64,000 nt of DNA from positions 32,001-96,000 of the IMG/VR virus record IMGVR_UViG_3300047160_009226; one strand, given 5' to 3'. The stretch's first letter is position 1. Each line of letters opens with the position of its first letter. The translations under genes were made by a program, and so were the position numbers. The stretch comes from a virus (Duplodnaviria; Caudoviricetes). The notes under the pieces were generated by a model. That model did no database searches. It had not been told where the DNA came from and saw nothing but the letters and a program-made list of their open reading frames with translations. Below, in pieces: positions 55,468 to 63,986 of the stretch.

Positions 55468-57804
55468 TTAGTGACCACTAGGACGTCTGTGCCGGATGAT
55501 CGTGTCCAACACGTTGTCGAGAGTAATCAACGTAGTGGGCTCGCTCACCGCTCCGATAGCATTAATGGCCCCGGTACCGGTGGACTGCGCATCAAAGTTC
55601 TGCACGATCGTCGTCGGACTGGCCCAGAACAGACCATAGTACACACCGGCCGCACCAGGTGCCCAACCCGGTGACGTCGGGGTGGCTGTAGCCGAGGTGG
55701 TGCCCCATGGATTGTATAACTCGTACGGCTGGCTGCTCGCCGGGTTGTAGCCGACAACAGCGTAGACATGGGGGCCGACAATGTGAGAATCGACCGGCGT
55801 GCCAGTGTCCATCACAATGAGTTGGCCTGCATTCCATGCAGCAGCGATGTTGCTGGGGTTGACGGTATAATTCTCACTAGCGGGCTTGCCGGTGATGGCT
55901 TGCAGCGCCGTTGAGGGCCAGCCGCCGTTGATTGCACTGTAGGAGTTTTGGTATGTCTGAGCAGCCCCCACATAGCCATAGCTGCTGGCCACGACATACG
56001 CCTTCTCGGCCAGAGCAACCCAGAGCACCTGGGTGCCTAGGGCGTTGCCAATATGGGCGTAATAGCTGCCACCGGAGGGGAGTTCCGTATCCACAACAAC
56101 GTGCACTGCAGATCCATTGCTCTCGAAGAATCGGACCGAATAGACTCCAACCGTGGCCCCATTCTCGACGGTTGTTCCGTCGTAAGTAAACATACTCGTG
56201 ATGTCCTGGGGTGCCCTGGCCGCAACTTCAGCCAAACTTCCAAGCAACCAGCAATCTCCAACTTGCCCCTGCTGCACATCCAGATAAGACGGTCCCCCAC
56301 CATTGAAGAGCGGCACACCAGCAGGAGCAGGTGAGTAGGGCGTGTTCGCCGTCGGATTGGAGGACGGAACTGGAACAGGAGCCGGAGTCAGCAGATGCAA
56401 CACCCATTCCTGGTTCAGAGCACCATCTCCATGGTACTGAATCACCTGAGTTCCATTGGCAGCCGCCCAGCCATTAGAGTCCAGGTACAGGCCGCTCTTG
56501 GCGTTGACGACGTTATAGTTGCCGTCGCAAAGCTGGACCAGCTTCCATTCTCCGGCGAGAGTACCGTCGTTATGGTACTGGATCATACCGGTCCAGTCAG
56601 CGGTTGACGCATAGCAGTCGTTCAGGTCCAGGCCGCTCTTGGCGTTGACGACGTTATAGTTGCCGTCGGAGAGTTGGACTAGATTCCACTGCTGGTTCTG
56701 ACCACCAGTGTACTGATTTTGAACAACCGGAGCCCAGTCGTAGGGCGATGAGTTGTTGTCCAAGTACTTGCCACTGTAGGCGTTGGAGATCGTAACCGTC
56801 CCGCTGATCGGGGCCGTGGTCAGCGGATGCAGCACCCACTGCTGGTTGTTAATGCCTCCGTTATACTGCCACTGACATGTGAATGCACCGTTGGCAGTCG
56901 AATACCCGTAGTCATCCAGGTACAGATGACTATAGGCATTGATGAGATTGTAATTGCCGTTGGGCAGCAGGACCGGCTTCCACTGCTGGTTCAACCCTCC
57001 ATTGTTGTACCACTGAATCATCCCGTTCCCGTTAGCAGTCGAAAACGCGGCGTCATCCAGATTCTTGCCACTCTGGACGTTGACAACGTTGTAGTTGCCG
57101 TTGGAAAGCTGGACCATCTTCCACTGCTGATTCTGACCACCAGTATACCGATTCTGGACGATCGAAGCCGCGTCATATAATGACGAGTTGTTGTCCAAGT
57201 ACTCATTGCTGCAGACATTGGAGATCGTGAACGTCTGGCCGTTGAGGTTCGATGGTGGAGTCACCACATGCAGAACCCACTGCTGGTTCGTATACCCTCC
57301 GTTGTACTGCCACTGCTGGACCTGAGTGCCATTAGCAGTTAACTGCCACTGAGCATCCACGTACAGACCATTCCAAGCGACAATATCGTAGTTGCCGTTG
57401 GAAAGCGGTGTCACTTTCCACTGTTGGTTGGCATAGCCGCCATTGTTCTGCCACTGCTGGAGCTTGGTGCCGTTGGCCGTCGATCCCCAAGGATCGTCCA
57501 GGTAATCGCCGCTCTGGGCGTTAATGATGCTGTAGCTGCCGTTGGACAACTGGACCAGATTCCATTGCTGGTTGGCAGTGCCGTTGTACGAGTTCTCGAC
57601 GATCGGAGCGCCGTTATTAGTCGCACCGTTGTTGTCCAGATAGTTGCCGGTTTGGACGTTGGAAATCGTGAACGTGGTCAACAACTGGCGATTCTCGACC
57701 TGGTCCAGCGCCGGCCGAAATCGACGTCGAGACTTGGATGACCCAGAACTGGATCGCCCAAAGCCCGTAACACGAGATAAGAAACCTTGACGAATCGTCT
57801 GCAC
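55468..57804 (-). CDS. Planctomycete-type extracellular protein: ricin B-type lectin repeats + calpain-like (C2) cysteine protease
   Basis: RRRFRPALDQVENRQLL leader; repeated QxW ricin motifs (about 3 trefoils); QGQVGDCWLL (Cys), HVYAV (His), NPWG (Asn); GTG start after AGGAG (track 57891). Confidence 0.88.
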   Translation of the reverse strand: MQTIRQGFLSRVTGFGRSSSGSSKSRRRFRPALDQVENRQLLTTFTISNVQTGNYLDNNGATNNGAPIVENSYNGTANQQWNLVQLSNGSYSIINAQSGDYLDDPWGSTANGTKLQQWQNNGGYANQQWKVTPLSNGNYDIVAWNGLYVDAQWQLTANGTQVQQWQYNGGYTNQQWVLHVVTPPSNLNGQTFTISNVCSNEYLDNNSSLYDAASIVQNRYTGGQNQQWKMVQLSNGNYNVVNVQSGKNLDDAAFSTANGNGMIQWYNNGGLNQQWKPVLLPNGNYNLINAYSHLYLDDYGYSTANGAFTCQWQYNGGINNQQWVLHPLTTAPISGTVTISNAYSGKYLDNNSSPYDWAPVVQNQYTGGQNQQWNLVQLSDGNYNVVNAKSGLDLNDCYASTADWTGMIQYHNDGTLAGEWKLVQLCDGNYNVVNAKSGLYLDSNGWAAANGTQVIQYHGDGALNQEWVLHLLTPAPVPVPSSNPTANTPYSPAPAGVPLFNGGGPSYLDVQQGQVGDCWLLGSLAEVAARAPQDITSMFTYDGTTVENGATVGVYSVRFFESNGSAVHVVVDTELPSGGSYYAHIGNALGTQVLWVALAEKAYVVASSYGYVGAAQTYQNSYSAINGGWPSTALQAITGKPASENYTVNPSNIAAAWNAGQLIVMDTGTPVDSHIVGPHVYAVVGYNPASSQPYELYNPWGTTSATATPTSPGWAPGAAGVYYGLFWASPTTIVQNFDAQSTGTGAINAIGAVSEPTTLITLDNVLDTIIRHRRPSGH

Positions 57805-57822
57805 AGAACACACTCCTACTTC

Positions 57823-57858
57823 GGAAAAACTTGAGAAACTTGGGAAACTTGAGAAACT
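57823..57858. repeat. four tandem 9-bp repeats upstream of the ricin-calpain gene
   Basis: GGAAAAACT TGAGAAACT TGGGAAACT TGAGAAACT. Confidence 0.8.
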
Positions 57859-57933
57859 CACCTCAACTATTAGCTGCACGGACACCAACACAGTAATCCG
57901 TGCAGCTAACAGTTACCTGCTCTGAGTCAGTGC

Positions 57934-58104
57934 TTACTTCTTGATCGGCGACGCCGTGGTGTGGTAACCGGGGTTCTGAGCGACCGCCTGCTTTCGAGCT
58001 TCCTCGTAAGAATTCGCCCGGACATGGGCCTCGCGGTAGCCACTCTCGGTACCATGAGGCTTGTTGGAATCGCGATACATGCGAACCTTGTAATCGTCTG
58101 TCAT
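57934..58104 (-). CDS. small hypothetical protein
   Basis: Start MTDDYK after GAGG; the track start 58182 lies in the promoter. Confidence 0.55.
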   Translation of the reverse strand: MTDDYKVRMYRDSNKPHGTESGYREAHVRANSYEEARKQAVAQNPGYHTTASPIKK

Positions 58105-58180
58105 CGTGCTCAACTTCCTCTCAGTAAACTTGGACTGAATACCCTTCGAGCAGAGCCACACGACTCCGCTCTTGCAGTTC

Positions 58181-58209
58181 ACTATACTCTTCTCAAACGA
58201 TTTTTTCTC
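58181..58209 (-). promoter_or_regulatory. phage promoter motif (GAGAAA-N17-TATAGT)
   Basis: Exact consensus; 29/30 identical to 58759-58788. Confidence 0.7.
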
Positions 58210-58231
58210 ATATTTTTCTACGATTTCGTAA

Positions 58232-58269
58232 AAAAGTAGTTCGGGAAGACACCGTCGTCCCCCCGAACT
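58232..58269 (-). terminator. intrinsic terminator
   Basis: AGTTCGGG...CCCGAACT stem followed by ACTTTTTT on the minus strand after the stop at 58277. Confidence 0.6.
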
Positions 58270-58276
58270 ACTTACA

Positions 58277-58720
58277 TCAGACCTTCATCTGATCCACGAA
58301 ACCATTCCACTTCTTCACAATTGCCGCCTTGCTGGAAATCTGATACCTCGATCCCATCTTGATGCACAAGTCGTGCTTGAGCAGCCAAGACAAGATCACG
58401 TAGAAATCCCCGCTGCCGAACTCATCCGAGAGTGGCACGGTGCGGTTCGTTACCACACATCCATTAGAGACGTGCTCAAGAAAGTACCTCAGAGCCGTCT
58501 CCCGCAAGTACGCCTTTGCTCCATTACGATCACGGACCAGCGTGCCGCAAGTAGACCACGCATCACTCACTTCCTCTGCACGGACAGCAGGCAGCGTTGA
58601 CCGCAGTTGCGACAGTTTCCTGGACGCAATTTCGCGCTCGTGCACGGTGCCTCCATTAGCCATGGCCTCCACTCCCGCCATACGCCGCTCCAGCCGAGCA
58701 ATCCCCGAACTCTTTCGCAT
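58277..58720 (-). CDS. hypothetical protein (DUF2786-like N-terminus possible)
   Basis: LERRMAGVEAMANGGTVHEREIA. Confidence 0.55.
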   Translation of the reverse strand: MRKSSGIARLERRMAGVEAMANGGTVHEREIASRKLSQLRSTLPAVRAEEVSDAWSTCGTLVRDRNGAKAYLRETALRYFLEHVSNGCVVTNRTVPLSDEFGSGDFYVILSWLLKHDLCIKMGSRYQISSKAAIVKKWNGFVDQMKV

Positions 58721-58758
58721 CTATCCTCCAAATTGTGAATGAACAAACCGACCGTATT

Positions 58759-58787
58759 ACTATACTCTTCTCAAAAGATTTTTTCTC
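58759..58787 (-). promoter_or_regulatory. phage promoter motif (GAGAAA-N17-TATAGT)
   Basis: Exact consensus. Confidence 0.7.
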
Positions 58788-58804
58788 AAGTTTTTCCATA
58801 AAAT

Positions 58805-58842
58805 TACAAAAAATGGGTGGGACAATTTCTATCCCACCCATT
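58805..58842 (-). terminator. intrinsic terminator
   Basis: 11-bp perfect stem AATGGGTGGGA/TCCCACCCATT plus T-tract after the stop at 58851. Confidence 0.75.
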
Positions 58843-58850
58843 CCCTTTCA

Positions 58851-59054
58851 TCAGTCTTCAAGACGGTCACGATAGATTTTGGTGATCCGCCACTTCAGCG
58901 ACCGTGGTCTGCGACCACCACGGTAACGACACTGAGCCTCCCCTTCGATTTCATGAGCCAGTTGACTAGCACTCAGCGTTCGCCCTTCCCCTTCATAGAG
59001 CGTGGCTTCATCCCTGATCGCAGCCTCAAGATCGCGAATCCTGACCTCGACCAT
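58851..59054 (-). CDS. small hypothetical protein
   Basis: Start MVEVRI after GGAGG (track 59129 spans the promoter). Confidence 0.55.
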   Translation of the reverse strand: MVEVRIRDLEAAIRDEATLYEGEGRTLSASQLAHEIEGEAQCRYRGGRRPRSLKWRITKIYRDRLED

Positions 59055-59097
59055 TCTTCTGTACCTCCAAATTGTGACAGAGCAAACTAACCATGCT

Positions 59098-59126
59098 ACT
59101 ATACTACACACATCGCACTTTTTTTC
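59098..59126 (-). promoter_or_regulatory. phage promoter motif (GAAAAA-N17-TATAGT)
   Basis: One mismatch to consensus. Confidence 0.6.
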
Positions 59127-59140
59127 CAACTTTTTTTCTG

Positions 59141-60028
59141 CTACATTAATTTTGTCAGTGATTTTCCTACCGTAATATCAACAATCAAGGTAAAATCCGA
59201 ATGTGCGTTTTCTAGGCACTCTCGATAAACTGATGATATAAGTTCAACGTGCTCGTTTGGTGCAAATAGGTATGCTGAATACGGTGTGAGAGCAAAAATC
59301 TGAGACTCTAACCTACCAATTCTATAATCCTCGAAGAGATTGATGAACCCCATCTTTGCCAGATCCATTGCAGTCGATTCAATCGGAAATTCCACCACAA
59401 ACCTCGATCTCTCTGATTCAATTTCAGGAACTATAGCTGTCCGCCCAAATAATGAAGATACAATATTCTGTGACTTCGCCAAATTATGAATAAATGACTT
59501 AACGTCAATCCCTGAATCATTAGCAAGTTTTTGAACGACCTTCGATATAATGTCAGAATAAGTTGCCTTGATTAATATCCGATCTTGACGACTAATCGCC
59601 ATCAAAGATTCTTCAGGAAGATCATTCAGCGCCAATTCACTGATAGTAGTAATCTTCCCATTCATATCCAAATCATATTTCGGATAAAGTCCAAATGAAC
59701 GATCCAGTATCTTAGAATTCCCATTGGCTAAATCATAAACCTGCTGGAGTTTCCGGATCAAAGAACCGAGTACCCTGGACCCTAGAATTTGATTCAAAAC
59801 AAGCTCTGAATCTATCACTTGCATAGCTTGATGCCAATGATCATCAGAGTCAATATTAACTGTAAACCCAACTTTACGATTAATTGTTTGCTTCTGTTCG
59901 GCTAGTTGCCTCTGAAACCCTTGGATCATACCTAGTAATTTCTTTTCATCTAACGAGATTCCCGTCTCTGCAAGACTTTGAAATAAGGGCCTCATACCCG
60001 CATCGATCCTTTTATAATTCATGCGCAA
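59141..60028 (-). CDS. inactive family A DNA polymerase-like protein (thumb/palm, fingers deleted)
   Basis: Colinear with the Pol I Klenow polymerase domain; motif A reads KATYSDII and motif C reads ALTPYSAY. Confidence 0.7.
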   Translation of the reverse strand: MRMNYKRIDAGMRPLFQSLAETGISLDEKKLLGMIQGFQRQLAEQKQTINRKVGFTVNIDSDDHWHQAMQVIDSELVLNQILGSRVLGSLIRKLQQVYDLANGNSKILDRSFGLYPKYDLDMNGKITTISELALNDLPEESLMAISRQDRILIKATYSDIISKVVQKLANDSGIDVKSFIHNLAKSQNIVSSLFGRTAIVPEIESERSRFVVEFPIESTAMDLAKMGFINLFEDYRIGRLESQIFALTPYSAYLFAPNEHVELISSVYRECLENAHSDFTLIVDITVGKSLTKLM

Positions 60029-60033
60029 CTATC

Positions 60034-60264
60034 TCACTTGAGAAGTGGTGCTCTGCCCATCACACGGTTGGCTAACTCCTGCTCAACCGCATCAAACTCA
60101 TCTTGATCTTCCGGTGTTGAAACATGATCCGCTAAGTATACCCCTCTGGCCGTAAGATCTCGGATATGAACAGAGGTGATCTGCCATAATAAAATCGGAA
60201 TTTTACCTAAAGCTTGAAATTCTGCCAGAACTTCTTCAGGTGTCGGGTTGGTTGTCTCGGCCAT
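60034..60264 (-). CDS. small hypothetical protein
   Basis: ORF in operon. Confidence 0.55.
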   Translation of the reverse strand: MAETTNPTPEEVLAEFQALGKIPILLWQITSVHIRDLTARGVYLADHVSTPEDQDEFDAVEQELANRVMGRAPLLK

Positions 60265-60267
60265 CCT

Positions 60268-60552
60268 TTATCTCCCCTGGATAAATTCCCAGTCTTGACC
60301 CATCACGTCTTCAATAGATGGGCACCATCCAAAAATAGCTGTCTCGCTGTTCATAATTAGGCTCATCCCAAACGTCAGGAATTCGGGCTGCTTTATACCA
60401 CCATCATCATATTTAACGACTGCCATCGGAGCCCCTCCTGTATCCACTCCTAAAAGGAGGTGCATGTTCGGTGACCATATTCTCCTGCGTACCCTAATTT
60501 GAGTATCATTCTCCATCGCGATATAACTTTCGCACATGGACTTAAAAGTCAT
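60268..60552 (-). CDS. DUF2829 / Tad2-like anti-defence (nucleotide sponge) protein
   Basis: MTF..., VRRRIW, C-terminal GWCPSIEDVMGQDW. Confidence 0.65.
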   Translation of the reverse strand: MTFKSMCESYIAMENDTQIRVRRRIWSPNMHLLLGVDTGGAPMAVVKYDDGGIKQPEFLTFGMSLIMNSETAIFGWCPSIEDVMGQDWEFIQGR

Positions 60553-60566
60553 AATATGCTCCTGAA

Positions 60567-60608
60567 AAATAAAAAAAGAGGCCTACGTCCCTCCATGAGA
60601 CCCAGGCC
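60567..60608 (-). terminator. probable intrinsic terminator
   Basis: GGCCT...AGGCC stem followed by TCTTTTTTTATTTTT. Confidence 0.5.
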
Positions 60609-60692
60609 ATAAAATAAATCTCCATGACTCCATTACTTCCTAAAATAAAAAGATCTTTACACCGCCTCTAATTCAACGTCCTTCACAAGCTG

Positions 60693-61244
60693 TTAATATA
60701 CAGTCGGCTCACTAGGTAAAGACCGATAGGTTTGAAGATCCTTCAAAATCCCCATCAACCTATTGATCCCTTCGGGAGTACCAGCACGTCGATCAATATA
60801 TCTCACGTCAGTAATTCGATGCCCACATCGCAATTCATCTTTCACTTTATCCTCATCCCATCCATAAGGAAGTGGATCAGGTAGAATCAAAAACGGGACA
60901 TCACGAAACCTCTCCTCCTTGAAATCGACATATCCTGTAGGAATGGCATTGTCACCCGCTCCCGACCAGAGATCAGCTGGATCAATATTCCATGCCTCAG
61001 CTAAGAGATTAAGCCCATGCCCTTCCCAGAGATGGTAATGCCACTCTTTGGGATCTCCTGATCCTTTTAACATCTTCCACTCACCATTCGGCAAAGGAAA
61101 CCATAAGAAACTTTCAAAACACGGATTGTCATAATGAGCAGCATTACGCCGAATCACACGCCGTAATCGCTCCATTCTTTCATCATCCCTTCCCTCACCA
61201 ACTCTCATCTCATTAATCTCCCTCGAATTTAAATGCTGAGTCAT
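60693..61244 (-). CDS. hypothetical protein
   Basis: Start MTQHLN after AAGGGGG. Confidence 0.6.
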   Translation of the reverse strand: MTQHLNSREINEMRVGEGRDDERMERLRRVIRRNAAHYDNPCFESFLWFPLPNGEWKMLKGSGDPKEWHYHLWEGHGLNLLAEAWNIDPADLWSGAGDNAIPTGYVDFKEERFRDVPFLILPDPLPYGWDEDKVKDELRCGHRITDVRYIDRRAGTPEGINRLMGILKDLQTYRSLPSEPTVY

Positions 61245-61278
61245 GATAATTTCCCCTTTAAAAAAGAAAGTCACATAT

Positions 61279-61307
61279 ACTATACTACAAACTAAGTCGA
61301 ATTTCTA
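61279..61307 (-). promoter_or_regulatory. phage promoter motif (TAGAAA-N17-TATAGT)
   Basis: One mismatch to consensus; -35 overlaps a hairpin. Confidence 0.6.
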
Positions 61308-61330
61308 CGGAAATTCGACTTTTTCTTTTC
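61295..61330 (+). terminator. hairpin with plus-strand terminator geometry
   Basis: AGTCGAATTTC-TACG-GAAATTCGACT-TTTTCTTTTC. Confidence 0.55.
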
Positions 61331-61360
61331 TATTTAGTACCTTAAGCCAGGTAATCCTTC

Positions 61361-61762
61361 TTATTCATCTCGGAGTTTCACCCCTGGTTTAGGAAGAAAA
61401 TCAGAAGGAATACCCTCGAATCTGAAGGGTCGAATAGCCTGGATTTGATCATGATAATCAATATCGACAATCCAAAGTGTGTCTACATTCAGTGCGGTAT
61501 ACAGGTCAATAGAATTATTACAAATATTATCTACAGTAGAAAAATCAATTGGTACCACTACATAAGTATGTTGTTTTTCCTCCAATCGAGAAAAAAGAAA
61601 GTAAACTAGATGAAGACGATTCGTCCTATCACGGATCAAATAGATCATAGGAGCCATGTCGGGGTCGTAGAGAACTATTTCTGGTATCAGGTCCTTAAAA
61701 GGACTCTCCATCAAAGGTGGAGTTTCATCCAACCAAGATGAATCTACTGTCGAGGAATCCAT
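61361..61762 (-). CDS. hypothetical protein (DUF6575-like)
   Basis: IVLYDPDMAPMIYLIRD...VVPI. Confidence 0.45.
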   Translation of the reverse strand: MDSSTVDSSWLDETPPLMESPFKDLIPEIVLYDPDMAPMIYLIRDRTNRLHLVYFLFSRLEEKQHTYVVVPIDFSTVDNICNNSIDLYTALNVDTLWIVDIDYHDQIQAIRPFRFEGIPSDFLPKPGVKLRDE

Positions 61763-61788
61763 TTTCTGCTCCTAGATTCAAAATTACC

Positions 61789-63039
61789 TCAACGATAATA
61801 CTGAACTTCGTCAATAAACCTAGTTGCTGCGGTATAGGACCATCGCTTAACGTCCGTATCTCTATGACATTCTTCTAGTACTTTACCTCTACTGTACTCG
61901 CTCCCCATCGCTTTGTGAGCAGTGCTCGCATAGGCGAAGTCCAGAAAGACTACATCCCGATATCCATCCCTGTAAAATCGAGTCGAATACGAAAGATCAA
62001 TCTTATCTCGACCAAACTGGTCCTTAACAGCAATGACATTATATATTGCACCGTTATCATCCAAGATCATTCTCAGAAGTTCATCACCCTCTGGCTGGAT
62101 GCTGTTGACAATGAAGTGTTGTCCATTAAAAAGACCAATATCACGGTGGTTATAAAGACATGTCACCTTCTCTCCAACATTAGGAACAGATCCAAGATAA
62201 CCTCTGGCATTGCGGACCACCTTATTCACCCCATGCCTGGTACGATTAAAACCAACGATGATTTTATCACAATTAGGATCAACCACATCCTTCCAGAATG
62301 CACTCCGTGGTGCTATCATAACTCCAGGGCATTTTCCGAACCGAATCGGCTTACCAGTACGTAATGCATGAGCGAACTGAAGAATGTTCGAACCCAATGC
62401 TTGTCGCCTGGGTTCCTCCAATTTGATCCTGGGATTGTACATCAGGTCAATCGTATCGCCTCCAATAGCCTGCAGTTGACCATGGTCTCCAATAGCAATG
62501 ATCCGAATATGTGGAAATGACAAGAGGTCGTCATAATACTGCTTTGAGAGGATCTGAGCCTCATCAATAATGATGATCTCATAACCAAGGGAGTAATTCT
62601 TAGTAAAAATCAATCGTCTCTGTTTTTTGCTCTCGTCATCATCTTTAGTATAAAGACAAGAATGAATCGTTTCAGGTCGATTGATTCCTTTCTTTTTCAG
62701 AACATCCACAGCCTGTCCTGTCAAAGAAACTACATTACACCTTAATCCCAACGCCTGGATATACGCCTGGATGTGAGAGATCAAAAAAGTTTTTCCCGTA
62801 CCGGCCAAGCCACCCACTGAAAAGACTCGATCATCAATATCAGGGTGAATAATCCAGTCTATTACGTCGTCTCGTGCAGCTTTCTGTTCACCTTCGAGAT
62901 CTATGCCTGGAGTTGGACTGTTCATTTCCAGAAACGGCTTAGAAAGCCGTCTGATCACAAAATCCTGAAAATGAATCGTCGACGTTTTTCCAGGATAACG
63001 ACTGTAGTCAAAATTCTGTGGTACATGAATCTTGGACAT
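61789..63039 (-). CDS. RecD/Dda-like SF1B DNA helicase
   Basis: GGLAGTGKT, IIIDEAQ, IGDHGQL, RQA, AYASTAHKAMGSEY, YTAATR. Confidence 0.88.
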   Translation of the reverse strand: MSKIHVPQNFDYSRYPGKTSTIHFQDFVIRRLSKPFLEMNSPTPGIDLEGEQKAARDDVIDWIIHPDIDDRVFSVGGLAGTGKTFLISHIQAYIQALGLRCNVVSLTGQAVDVLKKKGINRPETIHSCLYTKDDDESKKQRRLIFTKNYSLGYEIIIIDEAQILSKQYYDDLLSFPHIRIIAIGDHGQLQAIGGDTIDLMYNPRIKLEEPRRQALGSNILQFAHALRTGKPIRFGKCPGVMIAPRSAFWKDVVDPNCDKIIVGFNRTRHGVNKVVRNARGYLGSVPNVGEKVTCLYNHRDIGLFNGQHFIVNSIQPEGDELLRMILDDNGAIYNVIAVKDQFGRDKIDLSYSTRFYRDGYRDVVFLDFAYASTAHKAMGSEYSRGKVLEECHRDTDVKRWSYTAATRFIDEVQYYR

Positions 63040-63080
63040 TGGAAAATTGATTCCTTAAAAAACTTCAAATCTATGATCAC

Positions 63081-63986
63081 CTACCTCCGATGTTCCTTAA
63101 GCATCCAAATCTCACCATCTATTATAAACTCAATGCCTTCTCTACTTGTAAAGTCACGTACAGCCCTTCCTACCTCTGGCCAAGATGCATAGTCATCACC
63201 GCATACAATTGAGTTTGGAAAAAGTCGGTATATTAAATTTAACTGTGCAAAAACAGACTCGTAAGAATGATTCGCGTCCACATAGATAAGATCGGGAACT
63301 ATTGCATGCTCAGCGACAATCCAAAGCCCATTCAATGTATCCATTCTCAAAGGAATAATCCGATCACGATAATACCAGAGATTGTGACAAAAAGTCTCGT
63401 AAAGAATTGGTATTTTATGTTCCCGTCTCTTAACCAACTCCAGTGAATCGCCTCTCCATGTATCATTTGCAATAACCAAGGCATTGGAATGCTCCAGAAA
63501 AAACTTAGTCGATCCAGCTCCAACCCATGAGCCAAGTTCCAATATCACCGACATCGGCCGCTCAAGCAGTTTACTGAAAAATCGAGCAGCGGTGTCTCTC
63601 AAAAAATGTTCCCCATCTGGTTCTACACTAGGCCTAACATCCGGCCATGGATTCTTCGCTGCCAACTCATAAGTCTGATAACGACGATGTGCTCGTTCTC
63701 CAAGAACCATCGGAATTTGAGGTGATAGTTCCAGTACTTCATAAATCTTAGTCATATCTGTACATGCAGACAAATGAATCGCACATGGAACAGAGAAAGT
63801 ATGTTTATTGTACACTAAATGATCTCGATACCCCAAATCCTCATCAACATAATTGTAATTAGAAGAAGTCACAAGTACATTTTTATAATCAATCGTTGCT
63901 TTAGTCTGATTTTCAGCGTGCCATTTATAAAACATCCTCTGATCATCATCATCATCTTCACCACCTTCCCACATCTCATCAATCAT
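63081..63986 (-). CDS. class I SAM-dependent methyltransferase with an unknown N-terminal domain
   Basis: ILELGSWVGAGS, DLIYVDANHSYE, VCGDDY. Confidence 0.82.
   Translation of the reverse strand: MIDEMWEGGEDDDDDQRMFYKWHAENQTKATIDYKNVLVTSSNYNYVDEDLGYRDHLVYNKHTFSVPCAIHLSACTDMTKIYEVLELSPQIPMVLGERAHRRYQTYELAAKNPWPDVRPSVEPDGEHFLRDTAARFFSKLLERPMSVILELGSWVGAGSTKFFLEHSNALVIANDTWRGDSLELVKRREHKIPILYETFCHNLWYYRDRIIPLRMDTLNGLWIVAEHAIVPDLIYVDANHSYESVFAQLNLIYRLFPNSIVCGDDYASWPEVGRAVRDFTSREGIEFIIDGEIWMLKEHRR

Noticed and set aside
36-63672. All plus-strand ORFs in the track (e.g. 1625-2284, 14429-15115, 50738-51883, 52399-53001)
   Set aside because: They lie antisense to well-supported minus-strand genes or promoters, show no motifs or RBS, and are longest where GC is high; treated as shadow ORFs
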